This document shows, piece by piece, positions 49,819 to 61,800 of a DNA stretch of 64,000 nt (position 1 is the first letter of the stretch; the number at the start of each line of letters is the position of its first letter). The DNA lies in NCBI RefSeq assembly GCF_001194135.2, contig NC_068984.1:59551977-59615976 (forward strand). Direction: 5' to 3'. Below the pieces are notes generated by a model. It had not been told where the DNA came from, searched no databases, and saw nothing but the letters and a program-made list of their open reading frames with translations. The translations under genes and the position numbers were made by a program. The DNA is from Octopus bimaculoides (lineage: Eukaryota).

Positions 49819-52541
49819 TCATCTTGGAGTGCTAATAAAATCTTATGTTCAAATCTCACCAAGGCTGACTTTTTGCCTTTTCAATTTGCAGTGACTCGCC
49901 AATACTAGACTGTAGTCATATTCAAACAAAAAATTTTTTTGTAGGTTTTTAATGAACTTCTGTTCTATCTATCTATTTGTGTGTGAAGGCACACATCTTA
50001 GTGGTTAGCAGGTTGCACTCATGATTGCAAGATCATAGTTTCATTTCCTGGACTGGGCGTTGCATTCCTTTCTTGACCAAAACATTTTATGTTTCTCTGT
50101 GATCACTTCAACATCTGACATGTGGCACACTGGACACCTGTACAATGTTAATTTGATGGAATTATCTAATGTATAGCACAAACATTTGACCACTATAAAC
50201 AAATCATCTGTGCAGCAGGTTGTTCAGCAAGAAATTGCAGAATCCTCAACAGTCAGCTACAGCAGAAGGGACACTACCACCATATATGTATGTATGTGTG
50301 TATGCATGTATATATGTATAGTGTGAGAGAGAGAGAGAACTGCTTCTGGAATAATAGTATAGCTAGTGAGGGCTTAAGCATACTTGTAACTGAAATCAAT
50401 TCACACCAAACCCAAAATTTGATTGTTCTCCGAAGCCATTTCAATCAATGGAAACTGACAGCTCTATGTTGTCACTAAATGGAAATAGTTTAGTCAGATT
50501 ATATAATCAACCTTTACAATAGTTGTTTTGCACTGCCTGTCATTTTTATCTAGTGAATTGCTATTGAATTATCTAATAATATTTGCTTGCTTGTTTCTCA
50601 AGTTTGAAGTGCTTCTTGATATCTGTAAATTATTTTAGAACAAGTTGTAAACTTCTTGTTCACTTGCACTGCAATGCAGTTACAATTTCCAGTTAAAGCC
50701 AGTTCACTTTACTTATTCCTCTAAATACCTGCAGTAAAGGCATGAACATTACAACAGTTTCCTCCCCTTAAAACTATGACTTTTTATTTGTTTGGTCTTT
50801 TGTAATAAAAAGATTATAAAGGGACTAGAATGAAAAAAATAAATAGATGTGCCGTGGTTTTGTCCCTCTGAATTGTGTTAAAAATCTGACAAGGGTTTTG
50901 TACAGTTCACAAGGGTAGTCTTCTGTAAGGAGGGAAACCGAGGCACCATTTAATTGATTTCTTGCATTGGTACAAGGTCAAAGAATTGCAGAGTTAGTGG
51001 TAATAATCATTGGAATTAACTCTATTGCTGTTTATGTTATGGATCCTCAAGAGATGAAATGCAACGTTACCTCTATAAGGATCTGAAATCCAATCATAAG
51101 TACCAAATACAAATTGTTCCTCCAACTATTTGACAGATTATATTCAATTCCATTGTTCAGCTTCCTCTGTTCTGCAATATCAGACTTTTTTTCTATGAAA
51201 AAGTGAACAATGCAGGCCATCCATATAGATAAACACAAGAGAAACTTGATCACAAAGTCAAGTGACTAACTAATATAGGAGCTTGTGAAATAAGGAATAC
51301 TTAGATAGAAGCAACATTTTGATCATTTTGATTTATTTATATTTTTTCTAAATGATTAGATTGGCTGAGTTTTATAGCTTTCTATTCCTACATGTCCTTT
51401 TAACAACTGGGGTAAGGTATGGTATGCTATTGCTAAAGACTTTGACTTTGTGCCTTGAATCAATGAAATGCATATTGACGTAGTTTTTTCTGTTGTCTTG
51501 TCCTAGGTAAAGGAATTCAGTTCACTCTAGTAATGCACTTCTCGGTTACATGATGCCCTTGTTTGTACTAGGATTTTACACCTTATGACTCTTGAAGAAA
51601 TAAGTCCAATATTTTCAGGGCAAACTATAAGGGTTTCTATTGCCTTCCTCAAGAGGACTGACTTGAATTCAGCAATGCTTATATAAGCTGTCTCTGTTCT
51701 TTCATCCATTTTCAGTCAACTGCAAACTTCAGGCTGTTTGTCTAACACCTCAGACTTGGCAATCCATAGTCCTATAAAGAAAGATTCTAGTCATTTCACA
51801 CTGGCTTGCTTTTAGTGATATAATTGCTTGAGATGACCTTCAATAATAATTTTAACAAAGGCATTTAGCAAAAGATTTGAAAGAGGTTATTTTCACTTGA
51901 ATCAACTGCAGTACATAACTAGTACTTTATTTTATTGACATCCCCCCTTCTCCAGAAGGGCAAAAGGAAAAGTTAACCTTGGCAGGATTTCAACTCAAAA
52001 TGTAGAGCTGCAACAAGTACTAAAAGGCAATTTGTCTTGTGCTCTAACAATTTCACAAAATATGGTGCTGTAGTGTTAGGAGCTGATTAGATGCCCCACA
52101 ATATATATTTCTTTCACTGAACATTCTGAATTCAGTTACTATTTGAGGGACAACTGTAATTTATCAATCTTTATTGGGTCCATTGAAGTAAGTAGTACTC
52201 ATGTACCAAGTCTAATTGGTCAACTAAACCTTATGTGAAACATTGGAAGACCTTGTAAAAAAAAAAAAAAAGTCATTGTTACATTTTACAAAGAACAGAT
52301 GAAGTGTAGAAAAGTCCATCTTTTGCAGTAGGTGTTATAGTTGATTGAATTAAACTCAAATATATGAAAGGGACAAAGTAGACATTTAGTGGTGTTTGAA
52401 TGCAGAGAAAGGGTCAAAACTAAATGTAAGGTGTATAATTATATATATATATATATATATATATTGGCATTCATCAGCATTTGAAAAGTGCCAGTGCATG
52501 AAACTCTGTCTTTGGGTTACTCTATAATTTTAGTTATGTTA

Positions 52542-52573
<32 letters not shown>

Positions 52574-55500
52574 ATATATATGCACACATTATTCTATTTT
52601 CCTGTTTGTTTCACCAAACCTCTTTCCCTCTTAATACATATGTGTGTGTATATCTCCTACTGCAGGGCCTAGTGTCAGTGTTGCACTTGCAATTGCAAGA
52701 CCATGGTTTCAATTCCCAGATCGAGCAGTGCATTGGTCTAATGATTAGGGTGTTGCACTCAAAATTGCGAAATTCTGGTTTCAGTTCCCAGACCAGGTAG
52801 TGTGTTGTGTTCTTGAGCAAAACACTTCATATCATGATACTCTGCAACCATTTTGATGTCTGATGTGTGCTACACTTGTTCACCTGTACGGGCAATGTTG
52901 ACTTGATGGAGGGAGTGAGCTTCTGTGTAACACAGACATCTGATCACTATAAACAAATCATCTGGATGATAGTTCAGCAAGAAATTGCAGAACACTCATT
53001 TGACAACAGGGAAATACATAATTTATCCTGGTGCTTTACAATTTTGCCAGCTTATTCCTCTCTCATGTTATTGTTAAATATAACCATTGAGATTATATAT
53101 GAAAGACATTGATGGTGGAGTAGTTATAATACAGAAAAACCGACCAATAGACTCACTGTTTATATTGTATTCAAGCACAGAGATCCCCAAGAAGGACTCA
53201 GTTTGATAAGCTGAATATAAATATAACTTGTTCTAATGTTAGAACTAGTTGTTCCAACATTAGCATTGTAAAATTCCCTTTTTTATTTTTAACCTGTGGA
53301 TTCTCTTCCCTGTATGTCCCTAAATCATATTGGTATGTTTGTTTTTCAGTTGAATTCAAATGTTGGTCCTGATTATAAACTGCATGAGATAGTCAATGTG
53401 TGCTCATGTACAAGCACCCTTAAGTCTGGTGGATATTTACTCTGCTACAAGACACTGTAATGTCATGTGAGATATATGCAAAAAGAAAATTATAATGAAA
53501 TATATATGCGTACATATGTTTATAGAGATATATGTATATACATTTATCTATACATATATAAATACATACATATATATTTGTGTGTGTGTGTAGGAAAACA
53601 AATATAAGAAATATTGAAACAGAATATATTGCACTTCATTTATTCAACTCTACTTGAGTGAATTAATTTTTTTTTTATTTTATACAATAATCCCAAATTG
53701 TAATTTGATGCCATTTTTCAATGTACAAACTGCATATTTATTCAAAAAATACCCAGTTGCATTAATATAGGAGAAGCCTGAAGATTCCAAAAGTATTTAG
53801 TTTCATTTTAGTTTTCTTCACTTAACAAACATATTTTAGGTGATAGTTGTGTTGAGCAAGAGTGAATATGATGAACTACATGGAGGTGTATAAATACATA
53901 CACATGTATGCATATATATATATATAAATGTATATATTATATACACGTTTTTTATGTAAATATTTACATTGTATACATACATACATATGTGTGTATATAT
54001 ATATATATCAATCAATAACAGTTTGACTCAGCTCCATGCAATTTAAAGTTTCAAATGCTTGTTGCACAAGACTGTGCAACTTATCAGGCATCTTCAATCT
54101 CTCCAGATGATTGACGAGATAGGTTCATTCTAGAGCCTGTGAAACTTTAAGTTGCATGGAATTTAGTCAAACTATTATTAAATAGCATATGCAACTCCTA
54201 CCAAAAGTGTTGAGTGTCACTTTCTTTTGTTTGTCCACTCGCTTGTATACACACACACACACATACACATTTGTGCATACATGCATATGTTTAGAGTTAT
54301 CTACAAGTCAACATACAGGAGTTTACAGACTTAATAATATTAAAAAAGGAAATGTGATATGAAAACTATTGCAATTTTCCTCTAAATGAAAAAAAAAAAA
54401 AAGCTTTTTCTGAACTTTTATTTTATTATTTTCCATTTTGTAATTGAATGTAAGCATTAAATATTACAGTCCTGTATTTCTTGTTGAGTTTTACTTCTAC
54501 ATATAAGAAAGTTTCTACATGTATGTACAATCTTGAATATCTATAAAATGATTGATGTTTTTATGCTAATAGTGTAAAACCAACAAATATACATATACTC
54601 TTTTACTTGTTTCAGTCATTTGACTGTGGCCATGCTGGAGCACCGCCTTTAGTCGAGAAAATCGACCCCAGGACTTATTCTTTGTAAGCCTAGTACTTAT
54701 TCTATCGGTCTCTTTTTGCCGAACCGCTAAGTTACGGGAACGTAAACACACCAGCATCGGTTGTCAAGCAATGGTGGGGTGACAAACACACACACATATG
54801 TATACATATATACAATGGGCTTCTTTCAGTTTCCATCTACCAAATCCACTCACAAGGCTTTGGTCAGCCCGAGGCTATAGTAGAAGACACTCTCCCACGG
54901 TGCCACGCAGTGGGACTGAACCCGGAACCATGTGGTTGGTAAGCAAGCTACTTACCACACAGCCACTCCTGCGCCTAGTAAAATATCACTACACATCTAG
55001 ACAGATTTGTAGACTTTGTCAAAGCCATTTGCTTTGGATGCCTATACATGCTGCATGACTTTCCCTCCGTGTGTAGTTGTGTATGTGTATATTTTACTTT
55101 CTTTCTCTTTATTAGTCTCCCTACCCACTACCACCAAATGCAAGTGATATATCAGCATGTGTAGGAGTGTACATAGATATGTGTATGTGTCCTGTACATG
55201 CAACTTAGATTTACTTGCATTCACATGTGTGTAAATATATCCACATGCTACCTAGACACCCAATGCCAAGTGTGCATTAATTCCAAATCTATCATAATTC
55301 TTATAAATTTCTTGCAATGACAATAACCATTTGGTTTGATTTTTGTTGTTTTTTTAGAAAAAAAAAAGATAGATCCAGATAGTGTAACTTAAGTTGTTTA
55401 TATTTTGGGTTTTGGTTCTCTAATAGTTTTATTACTGAAGACAGATAGGAAAGCATACACACCACTTTTGTGTCATCAAAGTCTTTCCTTCATTAGACCA

Positions 55501-56138
55501 AACAAGTTGTACTGTGTATGCAGGGCTACAGAACGGCTTCATTTGTCAATTGCTTACTTTGTTGCTAAAAGCATATATGGTCACACAAGAGTGTGGATAA
55601 GGTATAGCTTCTTATTTAACCTCTTCTTCTTAATGGCTTCTAAGCTTTTTTGGTGTCTCAATGTACCATTTGATGTTCTCATTACAGCTACATTCCAGAA
55701 AATCAACAATGACATCCATCATCATCATCATCATCATCGTCGTTTAACGTCTGCTTTCCATGCTAGCATGGGTTGGACGATTTGACTGAGGACTGGTGAA
55801 ATCAGATGGCTACACCAGGCTCCAATCTGATTTGGCAGAGTTTCTACGGCTGGATGCCCTTCCTAACGCCAACCACTCAGAGTGTAGTGGGTGCTTTTAC
55901 GTGTCACCCGCACGAAGGCCAGTCAGGCGGTACTTGCAACGGCCACGCTTAAGATGGTGTATTTTATGTGCCACCTGCACAAGAGCCAGTCTAGGGGCAC
56001 TGGCAACGATCTCGCTCAAAAATCCTACGAAGGCCAGTCAGGCGAAACCAGCAATCATTGGCTCTTTGTATGTCTTGGACCGTGAACAATGTAATGGTGT
56101 GACACCATTATGTGGACTGAGCCTTAATTTCTGAATCA

Positions 56139-56356
56139 TTAACCCTTTAGTGTTTAATCTGGCCCAAATATTCTACTCATTTTATGCTCAAACTGGCCAG
56201 AACCAGCATCTCACACCTACCCTGCAATGTCATTCTAAAAATAAACAATTACATCTTTCCACTCTTGAAGCTACAACATAATACCAGATTAATTTTTAAA
56301 AATGTAAATGAATAAGGATTACTTTTGACATATTAATTTGAACGTTAAAGGGTTAA
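56139..56356. mobile_element. MITE family A, intact termini
   Basis: TTAA-CCCTTTA ... TAAAGGG-TTAA. Confidence 0.85.
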
Positions 56357-56431
56357 GGCATGTTCATATTTCATTCCCTATCACCAGTTCCAAAAATAAC
56401 ATATTTTCATTGACTTGAAACATTTCCACCA

Positions 56432-57448
56432 AGTAGGTGGCCCTGTTCAATTTGTAGGAAAGGCATAGGCGGGGACTCCATATGGTGTACCCAGTGTAAG
56501 CTATGGACACAAGAGGTGCAGTAGATTAATAGGATGGTTATCAGAGAAGATAGTGTTCGTATGTGGAAGATGCACAGGATCCATAAAAACTATGGAGACT
56601 CAGGAAATTGATTCATTCAAATGCCATGGTGGCTCAGAGATAGGTAATTTCTGCTACCTAGGGGACTAAATTAGTAGTGGGGGAGGATGCATGGAGTGTG
56701 ATACCTAAAATAAGAATAGGATGGAGGAAATTCAGAGAGCTGTTGGCTGTGAAAGGAAGATTGTATGATGCATGTATATGGACAGCATAGTATTGAGACA
56801 TGGGCTCTGAATGCAGAAGACATGTGAAGGTTAGAGAGAAGATTGAGGCTTGTATGCTCTGCTGGATGTGTAATGTAAGTGTACATGTTTAACAGAGTGT
56901 TAGTGTATTGAGAGAGAAGTTAGGCATAAGAAAAATTAGATGTTGTGTGCAAGAGAGAAGACAGCTCTGATTTGGTCATGTGATGTGGATGGATGCTGAC
57001 AGTTCCATAAAGAAGTGCTGATCTCTCAGAGTAGATGGAACATGTGGAAGTAGGAGACCCAAGACATGGGATGAAGTACTGATGGATGACCTCGGGATGC
57101 TGAATCTTTCAGGCAAGATGACAAAGGACTAAGATGCTTGGTACCTTGCTGTACTCAAGAAGACTCATGCTCCACAGCAGAAATGTTAAGGCTGGTTCCC
57201 CTGGTGAAGAGGATTGGCCTGTCAGTACCATGTAAAAAGCACTCATGCCTGTGCCACATAATACTGCTCATCCAGTGCTATGTAAAAGCACCCAGCACAC
57301 TCTAAAGTTATTGGTGTTAGGAAGGGCATCCAGCCATAGAAATCATGCCAAATCAGACTGGAGCCTGGTGCAGCTCTCCAGCTTGCTAGTTCTGGTCAAA
57401 CTGTCCAACCCATGTCAGCATTGACAATGGATGTTAAATAATGATGAT
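56432..57448 (+). mobile_element. RTE-like LINE 3' portion (ORF2 C-terminus, 3' UTR, GAT tail)
   Basis: RWPCSICRKG, FCYLGD, IGWRKFREL, GRLYDAC, GRPKTWDEVL, then the tailed 3' UTR. Confidence 0.85.
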
Positions 57449-57594
57449 TATATACACACATATATATAAATAACTTCTTTTTTTTTATCATTCCAAGAAG
57501 AAAGGAACTAGTTTCTAACAAAGTAAAAGTCCTATGACTGGAATTTGGATAACAACAATAATTGTTACATATTGAACTTTTCTAAAGTCATGCT

Positions 57595-58650
57595 CTGTTT
57601 TCTTTGCATGACAGTACAACCCTGCCTTCCCCAATTCCTGCTCTAATCTGCTCAGCATCTCCTGTTCCTGATCTATCCTCTCTGTTAGTAATGCCAGGTC
57701 ATCAGCATAGTCTAGGTCAGTTACTGTTACTGCTTGATGCCGTTTACATATGTGCAGCTTGTTAGGACGCAACAACCTCCTAAGCAGACCGAGTGCAGAT
57801 ATGAGAAGCATGTAGGACCCAGTATTAAGGAAGGATAGGAAAATATTAGATTTATAAGCCCTAAAATTCACTCCATAATTGCCCACAGGCATATGGCATA
57901 GTGGTTAAGAGTGCGGGCTACCAACCCCAAGATTCCGAGTTTGATTCCAGGCAGTGACCTGAATAATAATAATAATAATATCGAAAAATACCTGAGGAAT
58001 GAGAACCCAGGTTTGAAATTTCCCCAAGACACCTGATGAAGGCTAGAGGATATATCAGCCGAAACGTGTTAACAACAAACAAGATGAAGACAAATATCCG
58101 TCAAATGTAAATAATGATAACTTTCGCTCTTACTTGTTGCTCTCAGAATTCTTGGTGGAATATCATATACTTTAAGTATCTTCATCATCATTCCTCTATG
58201 TACTGAATCAAAAACCATTTTTGAAGTCTACATAGATAACGATAGCGTTCCTGTTATGGCTCTTAACACTCTCTATCAGTTTTCTAAGTGTGACAATGTG
58301 AGATGTTGTTGATTGTCCTGATCTGAATCCATTTTGATTTGGTCGCAATTGTTTGTCTATCTTAGGTTGTATTCATGTATACCATTTTTGCAACAATGGA
58401 TGACAGACTGATCCCTCTTGTAATTCCCAGTATCACTTAGGTCTCCAGTTTTGGGCAGTGGTAGCAAGTCTTATCTCAGACCAAGTATTCAACCACAAAA
58501 TGCCTGTGTCAGTGAAAGTGAGAGATGGCAAGTTGCTCAAGGCAGTTGAAAATTCCAAATACCTTGGTGCGTGGACACAAAGTACTGAAAAAGACAATGT
58601 AGTAAGGGAAGCTCTTGCCTGGAGTGCATGCCATAAATTGAGAAAGATGC
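57595..58650. mobile_element. Second LINE family RT remnant with an internal inversion
   Basis: Minus strand 58483 to 57595: PLPKTGDLSDTGNY, QLRPNQNGFRSGQSTTSHI, YVDFK, DLDYADDLAL, CHAKKTE. Plus strand from 58481: QVFNHKMPVSV, KYLGAW, ALAWSACHKLRK. Confidence 0.85.
57887..58130 (+). mobile_element. tRNA-headed short element carrying a hammerhead-like motif
   Basis: A box TGGCATAGTGG (57894-57904), B box GAGTTTGATTCC (57937-57948), (AAT)n, then GACAC CTGATGA A GGCT...AGCC GAAAC GTGTT (58028-58070). Confidence 0.65.
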
Positions 58651-59325
58651 AGTTTGAGTTTGTGCTAGGGAGAAGCAGAGGCAATGACAAGTGACCGAGA
58701 ACTTTGGAGAGATGCCATGCTTGAAAAGACCTGGCAAGCCAAGTGAGATCATAGTCATAGATGATGCCAGTGTTACATAACTGGCTCGTTTAAAAGCACT
58801 TTTCAATTATTGGCTAATATGCTGTGCTTGTGAAGACCTGTTGAATCAAGTGAAATCGTAGTGGTGGCCAATGCCAGTGCTGCCTGACTGGTACCTGTGC
58901 TGGTGGCATGTAAAAGACACGGTTCGAGCGTGGCTGATGCCAGTGCTGCCTGACTAGCACCTGTGCAGGCGATATGTAAAAAGCACCATTCAACTGTAGC
59001 CAATGCCACTGCTGCCTGACTAGCACCCACGCTGGTGGCATGTAAAAGGCACCATTTGAGTGTGGTCGATGCCAGTGCTGCCTGACTGGAATGTAAAAAG
59101 CACGATTTGAGCATAGGTGATGCCAGTGTCACCTGACTGGCTCCCGTGTTGGTGGCACACAAAAAGTACCCACTACACTCTCAGAGTGGTTGGCGTTAGG
59201 AAGGGCATCCAGCAGTAGAAACCTTGCCACTTTAGACTGGAGCCTGGTGCAACCTCCCAGTTCTCAGTCAAACTGTCCAACCCATACCAGCATGGAAGGC
59301 GGATGTTAAATGACAATGATGATAA
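58650..59325 (+). mobile_element. RTE-like LINE 3' end with five tandem units of about 66 bp in the 3' UTR
   Basis: EAMTSDRELWRDAMLEKTWQAK*, then the unit GCCAGTGCTGCCTGACT...ATGTAAAAAGCACC...GAT five times, then the tailed terminus. Confidence 0.85.
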
Positions 59326-60619
59326 CAAGGATATAAATTAATTTAGGTCGTGAGCTGGAAGAATCGTTAGCAAGCTGGACAAAATGCTTAGAGGTATCTC
59401 GCCTGTTGCTACATTCTGAGTTCAGATTCCACCAAGGTCAACTTTGCCTTTCATCCTTTTGGGGTTGATAGATTAAATACCAGAGAAACACTGGGGTCAA
59501 TGTAATTGACTAGTCCCCTCCCACAAAATTTCAGGTCTTGTGCCTTTAGTAGAAAAGATTTTATTATTATTATTATTGTTATTATTCCTTTTGGCCAAAT
59601 TCCATCCTTACACCATCATCGTCATCATCATTATTTAATGTCCATTGTCCATGCTGGCATGGGCTGGATGGTTTGAGCAGAGCTGGCAAGCTGGGGAGCT
59701 GCACCAGACTCCAGTCTGTTTTGGCATGGTTTCTATGGCTAGATGCCCTTCCTAACACCAACCACTTTACAGAGTATGCTGAGTGCTTTTATGTGGCACA
59801 GCATGGACACTTTTACATGGCCTCACACAGGGGCTTTTATGTGGCACTGCATGGGATAGCAGAAAATACTGTGATTAAATCTAGCTGTTTTTCCAGCATT
59901 GTAAATATTTTGTGCACGGATCTTCAGATCATCCACAAAGAAATTATGGGTTATGCCAGTGTTGCTTGCTGTTGTAGACCCTAGGATGTAACCAGTGGAT
60001 ATTCTTCACAGACATGACAGTGGATTTAGGGCCAAAATAACCAGAAACACAGGTTAAGCATTTGCCTTAAAATATTCCCAGTGAAATATCCATAATAGAG
60101 ATAATCATTCCACTTTCAGTTACAAATGTAAGTGAAATAAGCCTTTCAATGGCAACAATTGAAGTAGTATTTCGTCTGCTGCAGTGACTTTAGTAACTGA
60201 GTGGGTGAATAGACTAAATTCGTTTTTGTAATCAAGCCATACTGTTGTAAGGCTTCCACAGTAGTTCATACTTCAGACAACACAGTATTATTTACTATAA
60301 GTTGTTCAGCATATCTCCACACTTCTTTCTTTCCACCTACTGCTCATCGGTGACTATATTATTAGACTTGCAATGGTCAGGGAAGAATTGTTGTAGACAG
60401 CTTATGTATAGATTGAACACAATGTTTTCATTCTTGGCTCACATTACTCATCGATGTACATATTAAAATTAAAGGGATGCAGAGAGATAGATAGGAGAGA
60501 GAGAGAGAAAGGTAGGTAGAGGATGAGTCAGTGGGGAAGGAGAGATAAGAGAAAAGGAACAATGTTTGGGATAATCAGAAAATTTGGAAGGTCCGGAGGA
60601 AAGACATATACAATATAAG

Positions 60620-61800
60620 AATTTATAAAGGGCAAGGAGCATATAAAAAATAGATGAGTGCTATTGTGGAGTGTTTAGTATCTGAGTATGAATTTTCTCT
60701 TGTGTATGCAAAGGTGAAGATCTCTATCTTGGCACTAAGATGCAAGCTAGGTTTTCCCAAACTCTTTCGGAATGTGCTCTTTCCTGCTTTGCACAGCATA
60801 CCTCTGGTGTTAGCATTCATGCATGGTCTGTAGTTTTCATTAATCTTCCAGCTATTGTCATTTCCTTTTAATTTTCTGATGCAGCTTGCTAGTTTTGTCA
60901 TATTCTGTTCTTTAATGTTTCTCAAGGAGGCAATGTGGTTAATGAATTTCTGCTTTAAGAATCTTTTAATCAATCCAATATATGTTGTAGGTTGGTGTGT
61001 GTTCTGATTCCCATTTGCAGATATGCCATAAAGTTCCTGGATGAACATCCAGCCTCAACAGGAGGGGATTGATGTGAGCAATTTATTTTATCTTAGGAGA
61101 GCAGCTCGATACGTGACCTTAAAAGTGTGTTCAATGAATAATTTTCTGTATTTGTACTCTAGTGGAAAATGCCTGTTAAATTAACCTTAGATCTAATGTA
61201 AGTAAGATCTTCCTTGAAGATGAATGCAAGCCAAATTACATTCCTGCACTTTATTCTTTGGTAGTGTCATAGGTGATCTTACTATTGGCCTCAAGAGTGC
61301 TATTGTTATAAGGGACTGCCTTATCAAAGATCTCTTTGTAGTAGGACAGGTTAGAGATTCTTTTGCATACACCTTCCACAAAGTTCTTCAGTGTTACTAG
61401 AAATGAGGGGATCCTAAATGAATGTTACTCATTTTGCTTCCTAAAAGGCTTAAGGAATCAATACGATCTAGAGTGTCATCCACAAAGATGACCACTCCAA
61501 GATTAGTGTCTAAAATAATTTTCACTCTGAGAAGTCAGAATGTTTCTATAATGTCTTTTCTTAACTATTTAAGTTGTGCCCATATGCATAGTTGAAGATG
61601 GCTAGGACATTGACCTCATGTACATATATTAAATGGAGGGAAATATTTGTTTTGAAAACATTCAACATGAAATTGCAGATGTGTGTACCATTAAAACAAT
61701 CCATAATTACACTGTAGATACCTTCTGGATTTGTCTTTTTACACCCAGGCTGAACTCTTTTCAAAGAGCAGCAGCTTTCTAGCATAAAATATCTGTATAC
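60620..61800 (-). mobile_element. Highly decayed second Penelope-like element
   Basis: Minus strand: KKTNPEGIYSVIMDCFNGTHICN (RT, cf. FDVTMGSFDGAEIC), IFVDD, NVIW, TYIGLIKRFLKQKFINHIASLRNIKEQNMTKLASCIRKLK (GIY-YIG). Confidence 0.7.

Noticed and set aside
51507-51780. Strong + acceptor (ttgtcctag|G) and a 60-aa minus ORF
   Set aside because: All + frames close within a few codons and the minus ORF has no recognisable homology; a non-coding exon cannot be excluded.
58876-59165. Regularly spaced repeats superficially like a CRISPR array
   Set aside because: Eukaryotic context, whole units are homologous (no unique spacers), no cas genes; it is part of a LINE 3' UTR.
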